The notes beneath the pieces are model-generated. The model did no database searches and had not been told where the DNA came from. It saw nothing but the letters and a program-made list of their open reading frames with translations. From an uncultured Acidobacteriota bacterium (GTDB lineage: Bacteria; Acidobacteriota; Thermoanaerobaculia; Gp7-AA8), in assembly GCA_963822445.1 (NCBI GenBank), contig CAWGHO010000002.1, positions 2,304,001-2,368,000 of the forward strand: a DNA stretch of 64,000 nucleotides, in the 5' to 3' direction. This document shows positions 19,336-29,637 of the stretch, piece by piece (the first letter of the stretch is position 1; every line of letters starts with the position of its first letter). The position numbers and the translations under genes were made by a program.

Positions 19336-20985
19336 TCAGCGGAGATGCCGATACATCTCCGGAACAAACTCGCCGTCGCTCGCTTCACGCGCGGCGAGGC
19401 CGATCTGAAAGTCCATCACGTCCGGCGGCACCGGATTCTGATACCCGTCGAGCGTCTCCCGCAGCGCGTCCACCGCCGCCAACCCTTCGGTCCGAGCCGA
19501 GCGATAAACCTTCACCGCAATCGCCTCGGCTGCACCAGGCGTCAGGTGTTTCGGAATGAGCGGCTCGAGCGACGCGAAGTCGGTTTCGGGGATGTCGATG
19601 CCGCGCCGTTTCGCGAGCGCGCGCAGCAGCGCGAATCCTTCCGCGGCGGTGGTCGCCGGAAAAATGGGGATCTTCACGTCGACGCGGCCGGGCCGCTTGA
19701 GATCAACTTCGATGAGATCGGGACGGCTCGAGGCGAGGATCCAGATGATCCGTCCGCGATTCGCGGGATCGCTCATCTGCGCGGCGAACATGCCGTAGAT
19801 GCGTCCCGACAATCCGGAGTCGCTGGTGCCGCCGTCGCGTTTGCCGAGGGCCTGGTCTGCTTCGTCGATGAAAACGAAACAGCGGCCGAGGCCTTTGAGC
19901 AGGCGGAAGATCTTCTCCAGATTGCCTTCCGTGCTGCCGACCCATTTGTCGCGGAAGTTCTTCAGCTTCACCACCGGCACGCCGGCTTCACCGGCCAGGC
20001 ATTCGACGAGGTAGGTCTTGCCGGTGCCGACCGGACCGCAGAGCAGGTAGCCCATCGGCAGCGCTTCGATGTCGTTCATCTGCCAGAGCTTGATGTCCTG
20101 CCGCAGCCAGGTCTTCAGCTTTTCCTGCGCGTTGTAGTCGTCGAGCGTGCGCTTGGATTCGATGAACTCGATCAGGCCGCCGGCGTCTTTTTCGACGAGC
20201 TCCTTGCGCATGGTCACGAGATCGCCCGCGCGCAAGGCCTGCTTCGCATGCGTCCGGGTGCGCAGGAGGTTCTCGATGGAGTTGAGGGTCGATCCCGTCA
20301 ATTGATGCGCGAGCGCGTCGAAGGCCGGCGCGAACTCGGCGAGAGTGTCGCGATGATCGCCGGCCAGGTGCTCGAGTGCGTCGCGCAATTCAGCCGGCGT
20401 CGGCAGGGGAACCTCGACCGAGGACGCGCGAGGGTTGCTGACCAGGAGCGCGTGGAGATCGTGAAGGTTGTCGGCGATGAGAAACGTGACCAGCGAGTGT
20501 CGCGAGAGCTGCTCGTCGGCCGACCAGTCGCGCATGAGCAGCGCCAGGGCATTGAGGTCGTAGTTGAGCGCGCCGGGTAGCGCCGGCGCAACGAGATGGG
20601 CGGCCTTCATGTAGAAGCCGATCTGGTAGTTCTCCTGGCCGAGCCGCGCGAGATTGGCGGAGTAGCGGAAGAAGCGGGTCAGCCATTCGATAGCCGCGCG
20701 CGGCGCTCTCGGGAGCTCGGAGTTTTCCTTGAACGCCGGCCAACGCGTGAGGATCTCGCCGCCGCGCTCGATGCGGACGCCGTTGCCGAGGTCGTAACTG
20801 AGGATGACGTCGAAGCGGGGCATCATCACCCGGGTGAGGAACTCGTACAGCGTGCCGAGGGTGCGTTTGTCTCCAGAGGTCAACAGGAAGCGATCGTTGA
20901 CGTTGCCGTAGAGCAGGAACTGATTCGACGCGTGCGATTCGTAGAGGGCGATCAGCTTCGAAGCCCACCCGGGCAGCGCACTCAT
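19336..20985 (-). CDS. AAA+ ATPase, classical clade, with degenerate N-terminal AAA-like domain
   Basis: Walker A GPVGTGKT, pore loop KWVG, Walker B FVFIDEAD, SRH RPDLIEVDLKRPGRVD. Confidence 0.92.
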   Translation of the reverse strand: MSALPGWASKLIALYESHASNQFLLYGNVNDRFLLTSGDKRTLGTLYEFLTRVMMPRFDVILSYDLGNGVRIERGGEILTRWPAFKENSELPRAPRAAIEWLTRFFRYSANLARLGQENYQIGFYMKAAHLVAPALPGALNYDLNALALLMRDWSADEQLSRHSLVTFLIADNLHDLHALLVSNPRASSVEVPLPTPAELRDALEHLAGDHRDTLAEFAPAFDALAHQLTGSTLNSIENLLRTRTHAKQALRAGDLVTMRKELVEKDAGGLIEFIESKRTLDDYNAQEKLKTWLRQDIKLWQMNDIEALPMGYLLCGPVGTGKTYLVECLAGEAGVPVVKLKNFRDKWVGSTEGNLEKIFRLLKGLGRCFVFIDEADQALGKRDGGTSDSGLSGRIYGMFAAQMSDPANRGRIIWILASSRPDLIEVDLKRPGRVDVKIPIFPATTAAEGFALLRALAKRRGIDIPETDFASLEPLIPKHLTPGAAEAIAVKVYRSARTEGLAAVDALRETLDGYQNPVPPDVMDFQIGLAAREASDGEFVPEMYRHLR

Positions 20986-21752
20986 TGCATCTCCCTCGGC
21001 GTATACGTCGTCCCGCCATCATCGAGGTTCGCGAGCAGATGCGAGGTCAGCTCGACATTCGCGGAGATCGCCGCGGGCCGTCCGCGCAGGCTTGCTTCTT
21101 CGAGGGCGACGTCGAACTGCGTCTCGATGCGAGCCAGATCCGCGTCGATCTCGGCGAGGTAGGTCTGGCGATGCTGCACGTTGTCGAGGCGCTCGCGGAG
21201 AAGGCGCAACGTCGCTTCCTTCGATCCGCGCAGGGTTTCCGAGGGTGGGGCGGTGGCGATCTCGCGCTCGAGGGAGGCGATCTGTTTCTGCAGATCGCGC
21301 TCGTCGGATTGCGGGGCGACGATGAGGTTCCGTTGGGCGACGAGCAGGTTCAGGAAGAGCCAGGTCAGCTTGCGCAGTGCGTCGCGATTGCTTTCGTAGA
21401 GCAGGTCGTCGCTCTGTTCCTTTCCGGAAAGCTGCTCCAGTCGCACGCGCTTCTCTTCGAGCTTTTCGTAGCGCCGTCTCGCTGCGCCGCCAATGCTTTT
21501 TCGGAGCGCGTCGCGTGCTTCATCGGTATCGCCGCGCTGTTCCTCGATGCGGCGGTTGTCGATGGACTGCTGAAAGCCCGCGTTCGACGCGAGCGTGAGG
21601 AGGTAGATCATCTCGCCGGCCGTGGCCACGCCCCAGATTGCAGGGTCCCAGAACCCGGCGACCGCTGCCGCGACCATGGCCACGGCATTCCACGGCAACC
21701 GCAGCAGAGGAATGTCGGGCCGGGCGAAGAAGGCGTGCCAGAGGTAACGCAT
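20982..21752 (-). CDS. Membrane-anchored coiled-coil hypothetical protein
   Basis: N-terminal hydrophobic hairpin then heptad-rich helices; ATGA overlap with ATPase. Confidence 0.8.
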   Translation of the reverse strand: MRYLWHAFFARPDIPLLRLPWNAVAMVAAAVAGFWDPAIWGVATAGEMIYLLTLASNAGFQQSIDNRRIEEQRGDTDEARDALRKSIGGAARRRYEKLEEKRVRLEQLSGKEQSDDLLYESNRDALRKLTWLFLNLLVAQRNLIVAPQSDERDLQKQIASLEREIATAPPSETLRGSKEATLRLLRERLDNVQHRQTYLAEIDADLARIETQFDVALEEASLRGRPAAISANVELTSHLLANLDDGGTTYTPREMQ

Positions 21753-21755
21753 TGA

Positions 21756-21859
21756 TAGTCGTTAGTCGTTAGTGATTAGTCGTTAGTAGATGGAGGGCAA
21801 GTGCGCAGTAGAAGGCTAGTGGCCGGCCTTTCTACTAACGACTAACCACTAACGACTAA
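21756..21859. repeat. Inverted 7-mer tandem-repeat element (TTAGTCG / CGACTAA)
   Basis: 4-5 units, ~40-nt spacer, about 4 reverse-complement units. Confidence 0.9.
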
Positions 21860-22609
21860 TCACTCGGTCGTGGGTCCCATCGACTTCACGCTCTCCGCCG
21901 GCGGGGCTTCGGTAGTGCCGGCGGCGGGCTCGAGGGCCATGCCTTCCTTCGCGGCGAAGTCGGCGAGGGCCTGGTCGGCGAGGGCTTTCTGCTCTTCTTC
22001 CTTGATCGCGAAGTCGGTGGTGTTCAGGGAGTCGCGGGCGATGCGCGCGCGGCCGGAGGCCTGTTCGCGCTCTTCCTCGACCATCTTGTGCAGGCGATCG
22101 AGCGTGTCGCCCGATCCGCCGATCGACGTGATCATGCCTGAGGCCATTTCGGTCAGCTCCGCGGTTGCCTTCTTGATCTTCAGATCGTCGAGGCTCGACT
22201 TGAGAGCCTGGATCTTCGCCTGTGCGGCTTTCACTGACACGTCGCGGGCCTTGATCAGCTCCTTGTACGTCGTCTCGGCCTGTTCGAGCTGGGCGCGATT
22301 CTCGGTGAGCTCGCGCGACACGGTCTGCAGGCGGAGCGCGTAGTTGCCGGCCACGTCGCGGTTGCCGGCGCGGAGATTCGCCGCGGTCTTGGCGCGCAGC
22401 TCGCGCTCTTCGGTCTCGAGCTTGCGGATCTGGGTCATCAGCCGCTCGCACAGTCCCGCGTGCGCGGCGAGCCCTTCGTTGTAATTCGAGATCTGCTTTC
22501 TGAGGTTCTCTTTTTCCACCTCGAGCAGCGCTTCGGGATTGCGCCGCTCCATGCCGGAAACGAAGAGGCCGAGGAATCCGCGGAAGATGTTCGCGAGTCG
22601 TCTGAACAT
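21860..22609 (-). CDS. PspA/IM30 (ESCRT-III-like) family protein
   Basis: Amphipathic N-terminus MFRRLANIFRGFL, NPEALL, long coiled coil, LRAGNRDVA hinge. Confidence 0.85.
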   Translation of the reverse strand: MFRRLANIFRGFLGLFVSGMERRNPEALLEVEKENLRKQISNYNEGLAAHAGLCERLMTQIRKLETEERELRAKTAANLRAGNRDVAGNYALRLQTVSRELTENRAQLEQAETTYKELIKARDVSVKAAQAKIQALKSSLDDLKIKKATAELTEMASGMITSIGGSGDTLDRLHKMVEEEREQASGRARIARDSLNTTDFAIKEEEQKALADQALADFAAKEGMALEPAAGTTEAPPAESVKSMGPTTE

Positions 22610-22629
22610 GATCGGCGAAGTGTATCGCT

Positions 22630-23627
22630 TCACCCGCTGCGCGCGGAGCGCCGGCGGCGCGCGGGAGGCGGCGAGGGATCGCCGGCCAGCGCCAGGCCGT
22701 CCGCCGTCGCGCCCGCTCGAGCCGAGCCGACGACTTCGTAGGTCTCGAGGTCGAGCTTCACCACCAGGTCGGGATCAGTCATGCCGATGTACGCGAACCT
22801 GCTGTCGCGGCTCACCAGGATCCCTAAGGGCCTGCCGACGATGCCGAGAGTGCGGATCTCCTGGCGCGCGAGCGCGTCGTAGACCGCGATCGCCCGTTGT
22901 TCGTGGCGGGGAACGAGCACGCGGCGCCCATCGTGCGTGAAGGTCAGGCGGTAGTTGAACGTGCCCGGCGAGAGCGTGGCCACGCGCGATTCCGTCATCA
23001 GATCGATGATGGCGATACCACCGGTCGACGCGCTGCCGACCTACAACTCCCGGCCGTCGGGCGAGAGCGCGATTCCTTCGCCGTGCACGACCGTGGGGAT
23101 CGTCTTGCGCGCGATCGACTCGCTGCCGCTCACGTCGATGATCGACGCTGTGCCCGAGCCGACATTGGCCGTGTACACGACCTTGCTGTCGCTCCGCACG
23201 GCGAGCATGTGCGTGCCCACCTGATTCGTGCGGCCGATCCAGTCGATGCTATCGGTCAGCGGGTCATATCGGGCGACGGCACTCGATTTCTCTGCCGTGA
23301 ACCAGATCTTGCCGTCGCGCTGCACGATGCCGTGAGGCGCGGCGAGCGGCGCGATGTTGATCGTCTTCAGGGTCGTGCGCGCGACGAGATCGACCACCGT
23401 CAGCGTCTGACCGGTCGCATTCACATAATTGGAGACGTACGCGAATTTGTTGTCGTACGAGACCCCGACTTCGTGCGGCTGCGGGCCGGCCTCGATCTCG
23501 CCCAGGCGCTGCATCGTCTCCGCATCGACGAGCGTCACGGTTGTGCCGCCGCGGTTGCCACGACGAGAACATCGGCCTGTGCCGAGACTGCGATGAATGC
23601 AGCGAGGAACAGCAGCACGATTCGCAT
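22630..23627 (-). pseudogene. YncE/YVTN-type beta-propeller protein, disrupted (frameshift ~23555, in-frame TAG 23041-23043)
   Basis: Signal peptide, PHEV/PHGI/GEGIALSPDG repeats split over three ORFs; ELWVG reads EL*VG. Confidence 0.7.
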
Positions 23628-23646
23628 GCGCTCAGCAAACCTTTCG

Positions 23647-23661
23647 TGGCACATGTCGTGC
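23647..23661 (+). promoter_or_regulatory. Candidate sigma-54 promoter
   Basis: TGGCACATGTCGTGC, GG-N10-GC spacing. Confidence 0.5.
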
Positions 23662-23664
23662 GTC

Positions 23665-24036
23665 GTGGGCAGCGTGCTCGCCTCCGTGCTCATCGTCGAT
23701 GACGACCCTTCCATCGTTGCCATGCTCCGCGGCGTTCTGCCCGAGTCCGTCGAGCTGACGTCCGCCGCCGATGCGTCGTCAGCGACGGCTCTTCTCGATT
23801 CGCGCAAGTTCTGCGGCCTCGTGCTCGACCTCGTCCTCGTCGACAGCGACGGCTTCGACGTCCTCCGGCACATGGAGACGAACGGCATCAGCGTCCCCAC
23901 CGTGGTCATCAGCGGAAAGCTGCCCCTCTACCTGCGGGAGATGCTTCACGAGGATCAGGTGAAGCTCGTTTTCCCGAAGCCGATCGAGCCTCGCCTTCTC
24001 GCGGCGATCGTCCTCGGCCTCTGCGGCATGAGCTGA
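23665..24036 (+). CDS. Single-domain response regulator (CheY-like); start uncertain
   Basis: VLIVDDD, LVLDLVL..DGFDVL, VVISG, FPKP. Confidence 0.85.
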   Translation: MGSVLASVLIVDDDPSIVAMLRGVLPESVELTSAADASSATALLDSRKFCGLVLDLVLVDSDGFDVLRHMETNGISVPTVVISGKLPLYLREMLHEDQVKLVFPKPIEPRLLAAIVLGLCGMS

Positions 24037-24064
24037 TTCGCAGGGCCCTTCCAAAACAAGCCGA

Positions 24065-24124
24065 TTGACAGCGTGGGAGAGCTGCTCCTACACTCCGCGC
24101 ACACAAACCGACCGGTCGGCCGGT
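24065..24124 (+). promoter_or_regulatory. Sigma-70 promoter plus palindromic operator
   Basis: TTGACA 24065-24070, TACACT 24089-24094, perfect palindrome CCGACCGGTCGG 24108-24119. Confidence 0.65.
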
Positions 24125-24165
24125 AAATCGGATGAGCAACAACGAGCAATAGAGGAGAGGCGCCC

Positions 24166-26442
24166 ATGAGCTATCGCCGCGCATTCACAACGATTACGAA
24201 GCGTTCCCTGCTGATCACTCTGCTGGGCCTGCTTTGCGTCACGGCCGTGCCCGCCATCGCGCAGGACGCGCCGCCACCACCGGCCCAGACCGAGGCGAAA
24301 GCGGATGATCCGCCCACGGCCAGCGAAGAGATCGTGGTCACCGCCCGCAAGCGCGAAGAGAACGTGCAGGAAGTCCCGGTCGCCGTCTCGGTCGTGACCT
24401 CCGACGAGCTGGAAGAGTCGGCCGCGGCAGACATCTCCGAGCTCCAGACCCAGGTGCCCAACCTCTCCGTCTATCAGGGCCGCAACCAGTCCACGACCCT
24501 CACCGCGTTCATGCGCGGCATCGGCCAGGCCGATCCGCTCTGGGGCGTCGATCCCGGAGTCGGTCTGTACATGGACGACGTCTACATCGCCCGTCCCCAG
24601 GGTGCGCTCCTCGATGTCTACGACGTCGAGCGCATCGAAGTGCTGCGCGGCCCGCAGGGCACGCTGTACGGGAAGAACACCATCGGCGGCGCGATCAAGT
24701 ATGTCAGCCGTCCCCTCACCGATGACTTCACCGCCTCGGTCGGCCTGACCGCCGGCGAACACTCGACCCTCGACCTGCGCACCAGCATCGCCGGGGCGCT
24801 CATCCCCGGAAAAGTGCGCGGCAAGCTGGCCTTCGCCTCGCTGAACCGCGGCGGCTACGGCGAGAACCGCTTCACCGGCCGCGACGTTTCGGACCGCAAG
24901 ACGTTCGCCATGCGCGGCGCCATCGACTGGCTTGCGACGGAAAAGATCAAGGTGGCCTTCGCCGCCGACTACACGAAGGACGACGCCGAGCCGAAGGGCT
25001 ACCAGCGTCTCATCCCGAACCGCCTCTGCCCCGCGTTCGGCATCGTCTGCCCGACGTACGACAGCCGCTGGGACACGGACAGCGGTCTGGCGCCGCTCAA
25101 CGGAACGGAAGCCATGGGCGGCTCGATGACCATCTCCTCGCCGATCAGCAGCGGATGGGACTTCAAGTCGATCACCGCGTACCGCGAGTCGGATTCGGAG
25201 AACAACATCGACTTCGATACGACGACTGCGCGCATCGTCGACGTCACCGCCACTTACTACGATGAGCAGCTCTCCCAGGAGTTCCAGTTCGTCTACGACA
25301 CTGGCGGAAAGATCTCCGGTGTTCTCGGCGCGTACTACTTCGACGGCGAGGCCGGCGGCCTGGTCAAGAACATCTTCGCGAACGCGCAGTTCGGAACGAC
25401 GAACGGAAAGACCTTCACCGAGTCGATCGCCCTCTTCGGCGACGGCAGCTACTCTTTCAACGACCGGCTGACGTTCAACGGCGGTCTGCGCGCGACCCGC
25501 GAGACGAAGAACGGTGTGGCCTTCAACGCCGGCTTTGCCAACGATCAGTTCAGCACACCCGTGGTCATCCTCGCGAACTACGACAAGGAAGCGACGTTCG
25601 ACTCCATCGCCCCGAAACTCGGAGTCGACTACAAGTTCCGCGAGGACGTCCTCGGATACGTCAGCCTTAGCCGGGGTTTCAAGAGCGGCGGCTTCAACGT
25701 GCGCGCACAGTCGAACGTTTTCCCGAAATCGGCCGAGCCGTTCGACGATGAGGTCCTGACGGTGGGCGAGCTCGGATTGAAATCGGTGCTTGCCGACGGC
25801 CGGCTCGTGCTGAACACCGCCGTTTTCCACGGCAAATACGAGGACATTCAGGTCTCGACGTTCACCGCCTTCGACGCGAACGGCGACGGCATCGAGGAGT
25901 CGTTCTTCGGTAACTTCATCAACGCCGGCAACGCGACGATGAACGGAGTGGAAGTCGAATTCGACGCGTCCACCCCCAACATCGACTGGCTGGCCGTGAA
26001 CGGCTACGTGAGCTATCTCGATCTCGAGCCGGATGAAGTTCTCGATGCAAACCGCGACGGCTTCGTCGACACGCAGGTGATCACCAATGCGCCGGAATGG
26101 ACGGGCGGTCTGCGTCTGAACTTCGACTTCCCGGCCCTGGGCGGCCTGCTCACGGCCAGTGCCGGCGGCGCGTATCGCTCGGACTCGACGCTCACCAACG
26201 AGGGCGGTTCCTTCGGCGGGCAGCCGGTGCGTCCGATCACCCAGGACGCGTACACGCTGTTCGACGCGTGGGTGAGCTGGCTCTCGCCTGATGCGACGTG
26301 GCGGTTCGGACTCAACGCGAAGAACATCACCGACGAGGCCTATCTGACCAACGGCTACAACATCCCCGCCCTCGGCATCCTCACCGGCTCGTACGGTGCG
26401 CCGCGGACGGTTCTGGCCACGGTCGAATACCGGTTTCACTAG
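24166..26442 (+). CDS. TonB-dependent receptor
   Basis: EEIVVTARKREE TonB box, IEVLRGPQGTLYGKNTIGG plug, GFKSGGFN, C-terminal YRFH. Confidence 0.95.
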   Translation: MSYRRAFTTITKRSLLITLLGLLCVTAVPAIAQDAPPPPAQTEAKADDPPTASEEIVVTARKREENVQEVPVAVSVVTSDELEESAAADISELQTQVPNLSVYQGRNQSTTLTAFMRGIGQADPLWGVDPGVGLYMDDVYIARPQGALLDVYDVERIEVLRGPQGTLYGKNTIGGAIKYVSRPLTDDFTASVGLTAGEHSTLDLRTSIAGALIPGKVRGKLAFASLNRGGYGENRFTGRDVSDRKTFAMRGAIDWLATEKIKVAFAADYTKDDAEPKGYQRLIPNRLCPAFGIVCPTYDSRWDTDSGLAPLNGTEAMGGSMTISSPISSGWDFKSITAYRESDSENNIDFDTTTARIVDVTATYYDEQLSQEFQFVYDTGGKISGVLGAYYFDGEAGGLVKNIFANAQFGTTNGKTFTESIALFGDGSYSFNDRLTFNGGLRATRETKNGVAFNAGFANDQFSTPVVILANYDKEATFDSIAPKLGVDYKFREDVLGYVSLSRGFKSGGFNVRAQSNVFPKSAEPFDDEVLTVGELGLKSVLADGRLVLNTAVFHGKYEDIQVSTFTAFDANGDGIEESFFGNFINAGNATMNGVEVEFDASTPNIDWLAVNGYVSYLDLEPDEVLDANRDGFVDTQVITNAPEWTGGLRLNFDFPALGGLLTASAGGAYRSDSTLTNEGGSFGGQPVRPITQDAYTLFDAWVSWLSPDATWRFGLNAKNITDEAYLTNGYNIPALGILTGSYGAPRTVLATVEYRFH

Positions 26443-26463
26443 GCCGGCACGTCCGGTGCGGCC

Positions 26464-27180
26464 ATGAACCTCAATCTCAAGGACAAAGTCGTCATCGTGA
26501 CGGGCGGCGCGGCTGGAATCGGCCGCGCCACCACCACGGCGTTCGAGAACGAAGGCGCGCGCGTCGTGGTCTGGGACGTTCCGGACGTGAACGTGACCCA
26601 GCCTGAAGTGGTCAGCGCGGCGACGGAGAGAGTCATCGCCGAGCACGGCCGCATCGACGTGCTGGTCAACAACGCCGGCATCGTCCGCGACTCGCAGCTG
26701 ATCAAGTGGAAGGACGGCGAGGTCCTTTCGATGATGGACGACGACACGTTCGACGCCGTGATCAACGTGAACCTCAAAGGCGTTTTTCTCTGCACGCGCG
26801 CGGTGGCGCCGCACATGATCAAGAACGGATCGGGCGTCATCCTCAATGCCTCCTCGATCGTCGGCCTGTACGGAAATTTCGGACAGACCAATTACGCGGC
26901 GACCAAGGCCGGCGTGATCAGTTTTACCAAGACCTGGGCGCGTGAGCTGGGTCGCTACAACATCCGCGTCAATTGCGTCGCGCCTGGATTCATCGCCACG
27001 GAAATGGTCAAAGCCATGCCCCAGAAGGTGCTCGACGGCATGGCCGCGAAAACACCGCTCGGAAGAATGGGCGAGCCGGACGACATCGCCAATGCGTACG
27101 TCTGGCTGGCCAGCGACGCCGCGAAATTCGTCCATGGCGCAGTGCTCTCTGTCGACGGCGGGCTGGTGATGGGAACCTGA
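26464..27180 (+). CDS. fabG: 3-oxoacyl-ACP reductase-like SDR
   Basis: TGGAAGIG, NNAGIVRD, GNFGQTNYAATK. Confidence 0.85.
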   Translation: MNLNLKDKVVIVTGGAAGIGRATTTAFENEGARVVVWDVPDVNVTQPEVVSAATERVIAEHGRIDVLVNNAGIVRDSQLIKWKDGEVLSMMDDDTFDAVINVNLKGVFLCTRAVAPHMIKNGSGVILNASSIVGLYGNFGQTNYAATKAGVISFTKTWARELGRYNIRVNCVAPGFIATEMVKAMPQKVLDGMAAKTPLGRMGEPDDIANAYVWLASDAAKFVHGAVLSVDGGLVMGT

Positions 27181-28199
27181 TGGCCTACGCAAACATCGTT
27201 GCGACGGGCTCCTACCTTCCCGAGATCGAGATCTCGAATGACCTGCTCCGCGCGCGCTTCAATGACAGTGCGCCGGAATTCGTCGACAAGATGGAAGCGG
27301 CCAGCGGGATCCGTACGCGCTGGTACGCGCCGGAGGACTGGTCTGCATCCGATCTCGCTCTGCGTGCCGCGCAACAGGCACTGGAGCGCGCCGGCAAGAA
27401 GCCCGAAGACGTCGATCTGATCATCCTCGGCACCGACTCGCCCGATTACATCACTCCGGCAACGTCTGTCGTATTGCAGGCGAAGCTCGGCGCGAAGAAT
27501 GCTGGGACGTTTGATGTCGGCTGCGCGTGCGCATCCTTTCCAACGGCGATCGCCAATGCCGCCGGACTGATGGCCACGAACCCCGGATTGAAGACGGTTC
27601 TGGTCGTGGCCGTGTATCTGATGCACAAGCTCGCCAATGAAGACGACCCGATGGTCTTCTTTTACGGAGACGGCGCCGGCGCGGCGATTCTGGAGCGCAG
27701 TGAAGAGCCTGGATTCATCGCTGCCGCGTTTCACGCGGACGGCACGTACGCGAAGAACTGGCTGATTCAGGCCGGCGGCACCGTCGAGCCGGCGACCGAG
27801 CTCGCGGCGCGCGAAGGACGAACGCTGGTGACGATGCTCGAGCGTTATCCGCCCGAGATCAACAACGACGGCTGGCCGAAGATCGTACGCAGAGTCGCGG
27901 AGAACGGCGGCTTTGCTTTGAACGACATCGACTTCGTGATTTTCACCCAGGTCCGCAAGCCGACCATCGAGCTGGTCATGGAAAAGCTCGGCCTGCCGAT
28001 GGCGAAAACGCACATGATCATGGAGCGCTGGGGCTACACCGGCTCTGCATGCATTCCCATGGCCTTCAACGACGCGATCGAGGAAAAGAAGATCAAGCCC
28101 GGCGATCTGGTCGTGCTCGTCGGATCCGGTGTCGGATACAACCAGGCCGCGGCCGCGTTCCGCATGCCCATGAACGAGAAACGGCTTTTCCGCGGGTGA
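27180..28199 (+). CDS. Ketoacyl-ACP synthase III (FabH-like)
   Basis: TGSYLP, FDVGCACA catalytic Cys, GDGAGA; FTQ and GYTGSA replace canonical HQ and GNTS. Confidence 0.85.
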   Translation: MAYANIVATGSYLPEIEISNDLLRARFNDSAPEFVDKMEAASGIRTRWYAPEDWSASDLALRAAQQALERAGKKPEDVDLIILGTDSPDYITPATSVVLQAKLGAKNAGTFDVGCACASFPTAIANAAGLMATNPGLKTVLVVAVYLMHKLANEDDPMVFFYGDGAGAAILERSEEPGFIAAAFHADGTYAKNWLIQAGGTVEPATELAAREGRTLVTMLERYPPEINNDGWPKIVRRVAENGGFALNDIDFVIFTQVRKPTIELVMEKLGLPMAKTHMIMERWGYTGSACIPMAFNDAIEEKKIKPGDLVVLVGSGVGYNQAAAAFRMPMNEKRLFRG

Positions 28200-28203
28200 C
28201 GCC

Positions 28204-29637
28204 ATGTTCGATGGCGACCTGCTGAGCGAGCGCGCACGTGTCACCCCCGACCGCCTGGCGCTCGTATCGGTCGAAACCGGCGAGCGCCTGACTTACGCCG
28301 AATTGAACGCCCGCGCCGAACGCGCCGCCGCAACATTGCAGGAGCTCGGCGTCTCGCCCGGCGATCGTTTCGGCCTGCTCGCCCACAATTCCATCGATTT
28401 TCTGGCGTTCTTTTTCGCCGCCGGCAAGATCGCCGCGATCGTAGTTCCGCTGTCCACCCGCGCCACCGTGCACGAGCTGATGCACATCGTCAAAGACTGT
28501 GGAATGACCGTGCTGATACACAGCACCGACTTCACTGAAGTCGCAGCCCAACTCCCAGTCCAGCCACATCTCCTCGGCGCGCACCAGCCCAGCAACCCAG
28601 CAACTCAGCAACTCAGCAACCCCGAAACCACTTACTGCCTCCTCTACACCAGCGGCACCACCGGCAAACCCAAAGGCGTAATGATCCCCAAACGCCAGCT
28701 CTACTGGAACGGCTACAACACGGTCGTGAACTGGGGTTTGCGCGAGGACGACGTCAGTCCGATCTTCACACCGCTGTATCACGCCGGAGGCCTGGCCGCG
28801 TTCTGTATCCCGATTTTCTGCGCGGGCGGCACGATCGTCCTGCACAAAACGTTCGATCCTGCCGCCGTCTGGGAAACCATTGAAAAAGAGAGCTGCACAG
28901 TAGTCCTCGGCGTCCCCACGATCTGGAAGCTGTTGATGGACGCGCCTCAGTTTGCAGATGCGGATCTCTCGCACGTGCGCTGGTTCATCTCCGGCGGCGC
29001 GCCACTGCCTCAATTCATCATCGACGCGTACCAGAAGCGCGGAGTGGTCTTCAAACAGGGCTACGGGATGACCGAGGTTGGCGTGAACTGCTTCACGATG
29101 ACCGTCGAGGATTCGTTTCGAAAGCCGGGATCGATCGGACGGCCGCTCCTTTTCACCGAGGTCAAGCTCGAAGAGATGGACGGCGAAGTGGGGGAAATGT
29201 GGATTCGCGGCCCGCACGTATCCCACGGATATTGGAACAATGAAGAGGCCACGCGCGCGGCATACGCGGAAGACGGCTGGTTTCGGACCGGCGATCTCGC
29301 CCGCCGCGACGGCGAGGGGTTTTTCTATATCGCCGGGCGGCGCAAAGAGATGTTCATCAGCGGGGGCGTGAACGTTTATCCCGCTGAAATCGAGGCGGAG
29401 CTCGTATCGCACCCTGCAGTTTCCGACGCGGCGGTCATCGCCATTGCCGACGAGACCTGGGGAGAGGTCGGTGTTGCATTTGTGGTTGGTACAACGACCG
29501 CTGAAGAGCTTACCCAATACCTCGCCGAGCGCATCGCAAAGTACAAATTGCCTCGCAGATTCGTCTTTCTGGACGTTTTGCCACGAACTCCGTATGGAAA
29601 GGTAGTGAAAGACGAATTAAGGAGGGTCCTCGCGTGA
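28204..29637 (+). CDS. Acyl-CoA synthetase (AMP-binding)
   Basis: YTSGTTGKPKG, GYGMTE, TGDL, GRRKEM, terminal Lys motif. Confidence 0.93.
   Translation: MFDGDLLSERARVTPDRLALVSVETGERLTYAELNARAERAAATLQELGVSPGDRFGLLAHNSIDFLAFFFAAGKIAAIVVPLSTRATVHELMHIVKDCGMTVLIHSTDFTEVAAQLPVQPHLLGAHQPSNPATQQLSNPETTYCLLYTSGTTGKPKGVMIPKRQLYWNGYNTVVNWGLREDDVSPIFTPLYHAGGLAAFCIPIFCAGGTIVLHKTFDPAAVWETIEKESCTVVLGVPTIWKLLMDAPQFADADLSHVRWFISGGAPLPQFIIDAYQKRGVVFKQGYGMTEVGVNCFTMTVEDSFRKPGSIGRPLLFTEVKLEEMDGEVGEMWIRGPHVSHGYWNNEEATRAAYAEDGWFRTGDLARRDGEGFFYIAGRRKEMFISGGVNVYPAEIEAELVSHPAVSDAAVIAIADETWGEVGVAFVVGTTTAEELTQYLAERIAKYKLPRRFVFLDVLPRTPYGKVVKDELRRVLA
28588..28629. repeat. 8-mer tandem repeat (CAGCAACY) inside acyl-CoA synthetase
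   Basis: Encodes QPSNPATQQLSNPET just before the A3 motif. Confidence 0.8.

Noticed and set aside
23041-23043. Amber readthrough or recoding (pyrrolysine)
   Set aside because: Single TGG>TAG at a Trp position in a gene that also has a frameshift; TAG serves as a normal stop elsewhere in the window
24088-27192. 1034-aa minus-strand ORF and similar long antisense ORFs (e.g. 39764-41434, 45090-46616, 56198-57832)
   Set aside because: Shadow frames of well-supported genes on the opposite strand; expected in high-GC DNA and without motifs
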